From contig NW_003526945.1 of the NCBI RefSeq assembly GCF_000181795.1, forward strand, positions 760,529 through 824,528: a stretch of DNA of 64,000 nucleotides, given 5' to 3'. Source of the stretch: Trichinella spiralis. Lineage: Eukaryota. Of this stretch, positions 12,781 through 24,571 are shown piece after piece. The notes under the pieces were generated by a model. That model had not been told where the DNA came from. It saw only the letters and a program-made list of their open reading frames with translations, and made no database searches. The position numbers and the translations under genes were made by a program. Positions within the stretch are counted from its first letter, which is position 1, and every line of letters starts with the position of its first letter.

Positions 12781-15700
12781 ATGAGCATCTGGCTGTACCA
12801 GCTTACCGTTGCCCTGGTATTCAAGCTGGGCTTCGCCAAAGTGCCCAAGTGTGATTTGAACGAGCCCAGTCAAATTTTTTATCAACTTCACGATCTCACG
12901 TCCGAAATTGGCCATGTAAAATTTTATGACCGAGCCAGATACTGTGCCGACGTGCCTGATCGTGTTTTCGGCATCGAAGACGATTCTACTGTCTTTGTAC
13001 CCGTTGCCGCTTGGTAAGCTTTTTTACATTTTTCTCATTTTTCACTCAATCACAATTCACCACATTTCTCTACCACCTCATCCAATGGATATTAACATTA
13101 CTTTTTTTAAATTTTGTTTCTTTTTAATTAATAATTTGATATTGACAACAAATTATGCTCAACATACACAAGCTCATCACACACATACATATATATATAT
13201 ATATATGGATCTTATTAAAATGATGCTCATTTCAATAATTCATCTGAGGGAATGGAGCATTTTCACTTCAAAAATAACTAATAATACCGAGAAAAACAAA
13301 TTCCCAAATCCGATCGTGCTATTATTGAATTAATTAATTAATTAATTAATTATCTAAAAGTATATCAAATGAATCAATCGAACATTAATAAACAGTGTCA
13401 TAAACAAAATTGTCTTATTTTGTTTGAGACAACTGCAGTCATATGATGACAGATGATTATCCATTATTATATTAGTGTGTTTAGATTTATCTGCACGTAC
13501 TTGGTTTTCAAGAAACAACAATGCTTATCGTTTATTTTTATGAATAGATTTATTGAAAAATTATAACTTAAAAGAAATATTAATTTGAACTTTGACAATG
13601 AGAAATACTTTTTTTCACTTTTCAAGAAAGATTTTTTAAAGTTCCACATAACGTTCGTTGTATATAAAATTTCTTCGTGAATCAATACAATTTCATCTGG
13701 TAAGAAATATGATTTAGAGATATCACTATGTATGTGTGTGTTTGCTAATTAACAGCCGTTTCTCGCTCGAATGCAATACTTTGTTAGAAGTAAAAAGAAC
13801 ATATCATGATGAATCTCTTACACTCAGCTGAAAACAAGTACATTTGCAATGTAATGCGGATTTTCCACTCTGGCGTTAAAAATTACTTGCACAATAATTT
13901 TTCAAATACTGTTCAAAATTGAGAAAATTACATTCGAAATTAAATTTAATTAATTAATTATATTATATTATATTATATTATTTTTAAATTGAACATTCGC
14001 CAAATCAGTCAGTATAAATAGCAGATCAATCAATCAGTTTTTTCAGTTATAGCAAAAAGTGAGAAAAACCTAAGCTGCTCAGACATACTGATATCATTCC
14101 ATTAGGAAGATTGGAATCATTAGTTCATGGTCGATATAGAAATTCATATAGGTTATACAAGCATATTATAACAGTGTCTGCTTTGGTAAAATCAGAAGAC
14201 ACTGTAAGCGCATAGTGAATCTCTCCCCCTCTCTCTCCCACCACTCTTACTGATTGATAGCTGTGGCTCATTTACAAGTGAAAATGAAAATCAACATATT
14301 TCAAAATAAATTCATTAATGAAGTCACGATAAAAAACCAAAAAGGAAGTGTAAGTTTTGGGACAAAATAAAATCTGTTGAATTGAAATTTCAATTTTTTG
14401 CCACTTTATAATTCTGCTGTTCAGGAGACACAAATGATTGTTCACTTACAAATTGTATGTATGATTACCTATGCAAGAAAAGCACGGTGTCCTCCGTTAC
14501 TATGGAGATCGCTAATGTCTACACTTTCAACTGTAGGAGAGTAAAAAAAGTTCAAATTCAAAATTTTCATCATCAAACAACCAACTTCAATTGCTCAACG
14601 TTTGTTTCCCATCATAAAAGGAAATACTGTTGCCATTTGCTAATATGCAAAATTGTTCAAAACTGACAATTTTGCAAAGCAGAAATTGAAATTCCATTTT
14701 CTTCATTTAAATATTAATTCACTACTGAGACCTAGGATGTGGTTGATTTTTTTTAAATTTAATCAAAGTAAGATTATAAAATGGCAGTGTATTATGCTCA
14801 GTTGAATTGTTTGAAAAATCACTAATCCTAATTGAAGCAAAATTCATGATTACAAAACGGATATTTGCGCTCTCATCATATTTTCCATAACAGTTCAAGC
14901 ATTCTTTTGAAATAATAAAATTTTCTGAGATATTTTTTTTAACACGAACATTATTTGAAGAATAATTACATTGCTACATTAAGTATTGTTACTGAAAAAC
15001 AAAACATGATAATTCGCGTATGAATAGTTAGATTTTCAATTTGGGTTCAATTTAGCAATAAATTTTAATTAGTAAAAAAAGAAAAGAAAAAGAATAAGTC
15101 TTATTCCAAAATAATTTCTTTTGTTATTATTTACAATTTGTAAAATATAGATTTATTGGTTTTGATAAGGAGAAGAAGAGAATACTCGACTAGTTGCTTT
15201 GATGATGATAGTTTGAATAGTAAACTTCGTGCTTGCAATTATTAATTAGCCGCGTTTGACATTTTTCATCTCTTTTCAAGGCAATAAATCACTGTAATTC
15301 CATTGTGTCTGATTTGGTAATTAATTGGCCGTATCCTAACATGGGACGGGAGTGTGCAAGCCGTACAGAGATGATGAAACGATGAATAGAGTGTAGAGGA
15401 AAATGAAATATCATGCTTTGGTACATTTTGTCAGGTTTTGATTATAAAAGTGCAGCAGGAAGAGGGAAAAAATTTTCTAGCTATTAGCAGTTGACTGACT
15501 GACTGTTCACTCGCCGCAATTATTAATCATTCACTTTTTGCTTCTATTCTCTTTTCAAAAGAACGCAACGCAAGTAATCATATAGTGACTGGTGTCGAAA
15601 TAAAAAGAATCTCATCTTGAATAGCGGTGATTGAGGTCTTTTAAGGTGATTAATCCAGAGGAAAATTTTGCAACGGCAGTTAATGATTGCGATTTGGCTT

Positions 15701-18700
15701 GCGCGTTGACAAACAGTCAGCGCCGAATTATTGATCACATGGAAGGTCAGCAAGCTGCTCAGCAGCATCTGCTTGGGTACACTTGCTCTGTTGATAAACT
15801 AATTAGTTCCATGTGAATTCTGCGCACTAGATGATCATACCTGCTGGCTGGCATAAACTGAAATGTACCCCAGTGCGTAAGGAATCCCGGAGATGAAGCA
15901 AAATCGAATTAAAGCAGCTTCAATTAAGCTTGCCTAGTGACAGCATGTTTGACGTGGCGTGCACTTTTGGTGCAACTTTGAAAAAAACGTAATAAATAAA
16001 TACCAGACAAATAGATGTTTGTTTGAAAATATCTGCAAAACATCTGCAAATTGTTCCTTCCCATCAATGCACACCTACTGAAAATTTATTTTCCTACCTA
16101 ATCAAATGAAAAAGACATCAATAAACGCTCAATTGTCTCTACTACTCTGGAGGATAAATATTGAACTTTTGTTGCTCGCTTTTTCAAAATATACCAAATT
16201 TTTGAAATAAAAGATGCAAAGATTTTAAACATACCTAAATGAAATATTTGTGTTAAAAAATGAAAAGTTGGTCATAATTTCAAAACTGTTCTTCCCATCA
16301 GAATAATCATTTAAGCATCAACAAATCTGACAGTTGATTGGATTTCAGTCATTTTCACATGCTTAGCATACGAAATTCTTTTTATTTGGACATAAATCAG
16401 ACCTTCAGAGGTTATTTTGTCCTTTGAAATATATACCTGTGACGAGTGTATACAGATGGTAAAAGTAGGAATACTCAGATGAACTGAACAAAATTCTGTT
16501 CATACAATAAAAAAAGGTTTCGATATTTTAATTTACTTCCTCAGGTAAGATTCGTAATCAATACGCGAAACGTGACTTTAGAAATGTTTTTTATGAATCA
16601 GCAGAACATTTCCCCTCATTTGATGAACAATTAAAGCCGTGCACCATCTTCACTGTATCCACAGATGAGAATGTTTGTAATTAATTAATTAATTAATCAA
16701 TCAATCAATCCTATCCTTCAGGAAGTATTACGTGCATTGGAGCTTTCTTTTTATTACATTAAATGAAAAAAATCTGATCAAATAAATTTTAACTTTTAAA
16801 AAATTAATGATGACACCTCACTTCCACGCTCTAATGTATTTTTTTTGTTGACTGATAATAAAAAAGAGAATGATTTATTAGGAAATAATAATGAAATGAA
16901 AAGTTTTACTTACGAAATTTGAAAATTAAACTTTTATTTTCTGCAGCTAAGCTTGTGCTTTTCAATGCGTCAAATTCAATCGCTTTACAAGCAATATCAC
17001 CGTGAGCAAATGCTACTAATCAGTGAATAGCTTGTCTCTTCTTACTGAGGGATTTTAAAATCTTTATCTCTTTAAATATTTTACATATGCAAAATAGTAT
17101 TAAAAACGAATCACTGCTGAACGAATGAATAACTTTAATTAGCAGAACATGAATTTCATTTCCAAGAATTACGTACAAACATATACAAATAAAATAGAGA
17201 TAAACTGTTTTGCATAATAATACTTTGTTAATTAATACCTTTTAAATTAATTGTCTGTAATTAAATATGAGAATATAAGTATAAAATATCATTGTTCTCT
17301 GATATGCCTTATTTCACCAATTATTGACTTTCTTTTGTTGTTCAGAACGTGTCCGTTGTTAAAGGAAATGAACGATGTATTACTCTCTCTCTCTCTCTCT
17401 CTCTGAGATGTTTATAAATTTTACGCTAAATTTTAATAAAATGCGTAAAAAATCGATATTTAATAAAAGATACAAAAAATATACAAATTCAATTGAGCGA
17501 ATAAAACATTGAATTTGATTAGCTCCAGTTTTTTACCCGAAATATTTTGCATTTTTAATTTACACCAATCAGTAGTATTGCAAATATATCACATGCTTTT
17601 TTTTGATATGTGAAGAAATAAAAAATAAAATTACTAAAAATATTTTTATATACTGCAGTCACTATCAAATATTCAGCTATATTGAAAACTTTTTATTTCT
17701 ACTTCAGTGCTCTGCTGGTAATCTTCAGTCTGCCTGATACAGATACGCTGGTACTAAGTGGGGAGGTGCTGGCAAAAATTTATTCAGGCGATATTGTTTT
17801 TTGGAATGACACAAAAATTCGTCAGTTGAATCCTGACATTATCCTACCAGGTAAAGTCATTCGTCCTTATGCTTACACTGGTATTAGTAGAGCCACATAC
17901 GTCTTTACACACTTCTTGGCCGAATATGATGAACAGTGGCGAAAAACTCGTGGAGTTTTTGATTGTGCTGATTTAATTAACAATGGCACTTTCAGTCCAA
18001 CATGGAATCGCACATCATCACAAATAGGATTCATAGATGAGCAAGATGTTGCGTCAGATTTGTATGAGCAAGAATATATGATTGCCTACATGACAATGTT
18101 CAACGATCTGTGGTCAGGAGTAAATGTGGCTTCCATTCTTAACAAAGCTGGCACAATAATTACTTACAGTGATCTAAAAACGGCCGTCAAAAGATCAATG
18201 AGTGAATTATTTACAAACAGCAACTTGAGCAAGCCCCTTTATTTAGACCCGGTAACTGTTTCCAATGCATATCCATTAGTGTATTTTTCTTTTGTCACTA
18301 TGAATGGCAATTCAGAACCGTCGGAATCATGCTACGACTTAGTCGAATTTTTTGCCTTCTTCCTCAATTCAATTGACGAAGAACTGTCGGAGCGTTTTGC
18401 AGGCTATTTCAACCTTTTCCCTCTCACGGTACCGGTTAAATTTCTTGTCGAACAATCGGTGCTAAAGAACATATACTGCAACAACGAGTCGCTCCATTCG
18501 CTGGTCAACTTGGTTATCCAGCAAGAGAATAAACAGTCTGACTTGTTGCTATCGCTAATAGCTGTCTCAGTTTGCGTGGCTGCGGTTGCGCTAGCTGTTA
18601 TTTCACTTTTAAGTTACAAACGATACCGTGTGATTAAAGCTTACAGGTCAAAAAATTGGATACTTTCAGAATATGACATCAAATTCTGGGATTATATGGT

Positions 18701-19743
18701 CGAAGGGAACAAATACAGCAGCATGTCTAGCAGCAGCGCTAGTCGACAATCCAAAGGAGATGAATTTAATCCGGATGAATATTGGAAATTCTATTTGGCA
18801 GCGTCAGGTCGTTTTCGTTACAACGAAGTGCTCATGTTTGGCAGCGAATGTTTGAACAACCCGCTCAACTTTCAATTCGACACTTGCAAACGGCTTTTTA
18901 CAGTTCTGCGGTTAAATAGCTGCAATACTGCACCACTTATTGGCCTGGTAATTAAAAATTTAACAGTCTATCATGTTTATGAGAGTCCAGGACGTGGTTC
19001 TTTGCACCAAACTTTAGAATCGGCTCCTTACGAATTGAACGATGAAATAAAATACATCTTATCCATGGATGTAGCGAATGGAATCCAGTTTTTGCACAAG
19101 CACGGCATTGTGCACGGCTTGCTCGATACGTGGAATATTTTTTTAGACAAAAATTGGACAGCAAAAATTTCCAACTGGAGTCACATATTTATCTGCGAGA
19201 AGGAGGGTGAATTTCATCATTTGAAAGACTGCAGCGAGTTGATTGAAAAAGTAAATGATGAATATCATTTAAAGCGGCTCATATTCCGGCATCGAGCACT
19301 ACTACTTGGCCAAGTTACTGCGTTCGGTTTTGAGCATGATTTGTACAGCTTTGCAATGATATTAACTGAAATTTTTACGCGTGAAGTGCCGTTTGCCGAT
19401 CGCAGTGCAGTCATCGGATGGAAAGGTATGCTAGAAGAGGTAGTAAAAGATCCCAATTTATCACCAATATGCCCTGACATTCCTGGCCCAGTGAAAGATT
19501 TGATTGTAAAACTAACGAAGCCAAACCCAGAAATAACAGCTGAAGGAGTGACAATTACACTACAGCTCAATCAGCCTACATCTAAAGGCATTGTTGATAT
19601 TCTGCTGAAGACTATGGAAAATTACATGACACATTTAGAAGAAAAAGTATGTAATTTATTTTTATACTACTATTCTGAAAAATTACGTAAAATATGATTT
19701 ATATAAAAATTAGTGCAAACATTATATAATTAATTATTATGCA

Positions 19744-19790
<47 letters not shown>

Positions 19791-22046
19791 AATATTTACT
19801 AAATTCAAGCCATAAATAAGTTTACATTGCTAATAACTTTGCACAATTTGTTTTATTTTTTTTTGTTTAAGTTTTTATTATAAGATAATGTGAAAATTTC
19901 AGGTTGAAGAGCGCACAACTGAGCTCAAAGCAGTGACCGCTAGAATGGAAATGCTATTAAACAGCATGCTTCCTCGCGACGTGGCCATTCGCTTACAAAA
20001 TGGCCAAAAAGTTGAACCAGAGTACTACCAGTCAGTGACAATATACTTTTCTGATATTGTATCATTCACTACTCTGTGTTCTGAGTCGACCGCTCTTGAA
20101 GTAGTCAACTTGCTCAATGCACTGTACACAATGTTCGACAACAACATTGAACGCTTTGATGTCTACAAAGTAGAAACAATCGGTTTGAATGATTCGAAAT
20201 TATTTAAATTATAAATATTGAAATTTCAATCATTTCAGGGGATGCATACATGTGCGTCAGTGGTTTACCAAAAAGAAACGGAATTAAACACGTGGAACAG
20301 ATAAGTCGGCTAGCTATAGCACTTGTCGAAGGTGTTGATACATTCATTATTCCCCATCGACCTGACCGAAAACTTCAAGTTCGAGTAGGAGTGCACAGCG
20401 GACCTGTCATGACTGGCGTTGTAGGAATTAAAATGCCCAGGTAACTTATTATTCATAATTTTATGCTCTTTTATGATAAAAAAAATTTTCTTATTCGACC
20501 ATAAGCAAGGACAAGCTGCTCTAGGTTTAAAATTTAATAGCTATTAAAACGTTTACTGAGCAAAAAGGAAATGGACAGGCTGATTGGTGCGTTGAGATAA
20601 GTTATAATTTATATTTATGAAATGCTAGCATAATGCGATGAATAATTTCTGTTCTTAACTAATAATGAATAATAAATACATTGTGCGTAAATCTGAAGAA
20701 GACATAAATAATATTAAATAAACGATTTGCATTTGCAAAATAAATATTTATATGCTTTGTTCTTTATTTTATTTTTATATAAAAATAATATTTTTAATAA
20801 ATAACAGATTACACCTGAAAGTAAGCATGAATAATAAATGTGCTTCAAAGAGATGTTCGTAAAATAAATTTCAGATAAACTCATATTAGTTTTGTTCGTT
20901 TAATACGACAACATTCACCTCGAAAACTTCAAAGGAGAGAAATTGATGCACATTCAGTCACTTGCCATTTTGTCTATAGAACCAAATGGAAAATTTCTGC
21001 TGCTGCCATTGACTTGAAATTTCTGACCATGCTTATCGCACGACATTCCGAATAATTCAAACTTGAGTACTTTGAGCGCAAATACGTAACAGCCAAAGTC
21101 AAAAGATTAGTTAATTTTAGAATTTATGGCAATATAAATTTAAAAAAATAACAGTATATTTAAAATGAAAAGAAGCGTTGAGAAGAAACAAATGACTTGA
21201 CGACTTTCTGCTTATATACAAATGTTTACCACAAACATGTATGGCTTAATGGATACAATTTAATATAACAATATAGCAATGAAGTCTAGCAGTTGGTTTT
21301 ACAGTTTTCTAAGCATTCAGTCATTATTGAAATAGTTTTTCGACGAAGTGTACAAATATCGTTAAATTATCGTTAAATAGTTAAATAAAAAGTTGAAACT
21401 TGCATGAAACGAACAATTGCATTTATTCTCTAGCACAGCATTTATTATTTAAACACACACACACACACACACACACATCAATTATCAATGTTAACTGATT
21501 GAAGATATTTAATTTTTTATTATCATTATTCGTTTTACAGACCATAATTTTCATTTTCAAACTCAGATGAACAACTGAAATTTATGTTATCGTTTTTTTT
21601 GTTTTTTGCAGACAGATATTAGAGGAACCTTTGTTTCACAGCAAACCAACGCATGATAGGCAAATGTTGATTCATATTTTGCAATAATAATAATAATAAT
21701 AATAATAATACTGTCATTATTAATGGAAAGATTAATTATTAACACATACTGGTTAATGTTTCTGTTTGATTCAGATTTTGCTTGTTCGGTGATACTGTTA
21801 ATACTGCAAGTCGAATGGAATCGACAAGTTTGCCAAACAAAATTCAGGCATCTGAAGACACTGCAAATTTGCTGAGACAGTTTCCTGAATTTATCGTAGA
21901 AGAAAGAGGAGAATTTGACGTGAAGGTGTGAATATAAAATACAATAATTATGATAAATTTTCCTCAACGTAAATGCAGCTTGTTTTTAACTGTTTTAGGG
22001 GAAAGGAAAAATGAAAACCTATTGGATTGTGGGAACCAACACTTGA
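12781..22046 (+). CDS. Receptor-type guanylyl cyclase with PstS-like (type II periplasmic-binding) ectodomain, TM helix, kinase-homology domain and cyclase domain
   Basis: Exons 12781 (or 12724)-13013, 17708-19646, 19903-20182, 20239-20440, 21775-21925, 21999-22046, all GT-AG and phase-compatible. Features: signal-like [19 protein letters not shown]; PstS-like [61 protein letters not shown] (~18543-18617); pseudokinase [12 protein letters not shown]; linker LEEKVEERT...[11 protein letters not shown]; cyclase [57 protein letters not shown]. The exon 1 link is less certain than exons 2-6. Confidence 0.9.
19749..19786. repeat. (GT)n microsatellite in guanylyl cyclase intron
   Basis: Directly visible. 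Confidence 0.9.
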
Positions 22047-23013
22047 AGTTCCAAAGAGCACAGAACAGAACAGTGCCTATCCCGTGGTTGTGAAACTATT
22101 TTGTAATAACAGTAAAAAATTTGCTTAAAACAGACGTGATGCTTTCACATAATTGACAAAATGAACCAACCAACCAACCAACTGATTTTCAAGCAGTCAG
22201 CTTGCAGCTTCAAAACAACATCAATAATTTTACAGCATTCTAATAACATCTATGAAAAATGTGCAAAAAGAATCTCTTTTTCAATGTAACAATTAACTGT
22301 ACATCTTGTTTCAAAAAATGCTTTCATTAGTAGACATTTTTGTTGTTTTTTATTTTGCTGAAATTTATTAAATCAAACTGATGGCATTCATTTCGCTCTC
22401 ACTCATAAATGTTTCTCGTCATCATCGTTATTATAAAATATAAAGCGAGCTTAAAATATAACTGCTTTCACTGGTCCAATCATACAAGAAACTTAATTTT
22501 GAATGAAAAACTTCTTCTACAAAAAAAAGCAGTGATAAATTTCAATTCCATAAAAATGTGACTAATAAGCTGAAATTGAAATAGAAGCAGTTTGCATACT
22601 TTTTTCAAATAATTAATTAATAAATAATTTTATCCAAAAATGAAGTCAATAATGTGATAATAATAATAATAAGAATAATAATAACGCTATGTAAAAGAAA
22701 ACTTTTAATCAAATTAATAATAAACAAAATACTTGTGTATAGTGATTGTATAAATAAACATCGCATGAATAATTAATTTAACTTTCTGAAAATGATTATT
22801 ATAAATTTGCAAATTTATGTATGCTTTGCGTTTGCTTTGAAAATGAAATTTAGCCTGTAGTGCATGCACATTGCATTAAAAAATCATTTATAATATCAAA
22901 TAAATAAATTATTGTAAATAGTGCACGTTGCATTAAATAGTAATAAATAAATGACAAACAATTTTATACTGTAGAGTTTACAGGAAAAATTAATAACCGT
23001 GACCACATTATGC

Positions 23014-23044
<31 letters not shown>

Positions 23045-23379
23045 CATATTATATACATATACTGCGTACACATATTATATACATATATGCACACATACGT
23101 ATAGGCATACATATAAATGCATAATTTGCGGATGTGAAATTAGGGCGGAATCAGACAATAATTTTTTTATTCATCAAATTATTCATTACAATTTTACATG
23201 CACCGCTATTGCTGGTTTCCACGTCCTGACCGATTGTCATGTTTCAACTAGCTAGCCAAGCCTGACTGGAGTTAGCTGTTTGACCCACATGAAGCGGCAA
23301 AAATCTAGTCCATTCAAGGCTACGAGCTTTGTATTATTATGTTGTTATTTGTCTTCTTCACTAGCTAGCGGTCGTTGTA

Positions 23380-24530
23380 ATGCCGACAATACTACTTTTA
23401 CTGCACTTCTACAATTTACTCTTTTTTTCAATTATCATTAACGTGAAAGGTAATAATAAATGCATTTCATTCATTGTTTATACTTGTTGCATTTTATATT
23501 TTCAAAGCGATCAAATTTCTCAATTTTTATCAACGACTGACTTACTCGCGGCTAGTTGGTTGTTTGTTTGTTTTGTGTTTGTCTGTTTGCTTAATAAATG
23601 GATAAATTTGCAAATCATTCACAACTAACATCAAAATATCCAAATAAAAATTGCACACAATGCTTACACTAAGTGGATACATTTTGCACAAACGTTCCAA
23701 TGGTATGTGGCAGGAAGTTAGTCCATTATGCTATAATTGCTAGAATAATTTATTGGACGTGCTTATTTGTAATAGAAAAAAAACAAAAAAACAATGCACG
23801 ATAAAGTTTATAATTTGTTTTGAAATTTAGAAAAAAATTTTATAAGAAACTTATATGCGCTTTGCAAACTGTGGAATTTTACGTAAACAATAAAAGTACA
23901 CTTGGATGATTAGTTGGAAAAATTATGCCGTTACGGATGAGCATATAAAATGTCTCTCTCTCCTTCGTGCGCACACACACACACACACACACTGTCTCTA
24001 TTTCGGTAATCTTTCTTATTCATGCATGCTGCATGCTTGTTGCAAGCTTCCAGGTTATTGTTGGTCTGCTATGCTCGCATGAATTTTTGAATATGTTAAT
24101 ATGGTATAAAAAAATATTTATGCAAATTTTTGCTATTCAAATTGAAAAAAACACTGCTAATTGGAAAATTGCAATTGCAGTGTTGTCCAAAGTTGGTTGT
24201 AAATTGACTTATTCACCATTCACACAAAGTTGCTAACTCGAATAGAATAAGAAAAACTAATTGTTCACATTTCAAAAGTTGGGTGATTTGTCGTGCAATT
24301 TTTTCATAAAAATCAAAATCTCGCTAGTTGCAGTCAACTGATCACTTACTTGTCAGAAATGCTGCGTGCAAACTATAACGGGATTTTTGTGAACAATTTC
24401 ATTTAACAAAAGATAAATAATGCCAACATTTTACCGGTTGCACTGTTTTGGAAATTTCAATTGTTGAGCTTGTTCCGTTTTGACTGATTTAGGGCATCAT
24501 TACATTACTTTTGAAAAATGGAAATATATT

Positions 24531-24571
<41 letters not shown>

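Noticed and set aside
12547..12915. 122 aa minus-strand ORF
   Set aside because: It is antisense to the cyclase first exon and 5' region and has no recognisable features.
17682..19697. Bacterial contamination or a free-standing pstS gene
   Set aside because: The PstS-like segment is in one frame with a TM helix and a eukaryotic kinase-like domain, is flanked by GT-AG introns, and has no pstCAB neighbours.
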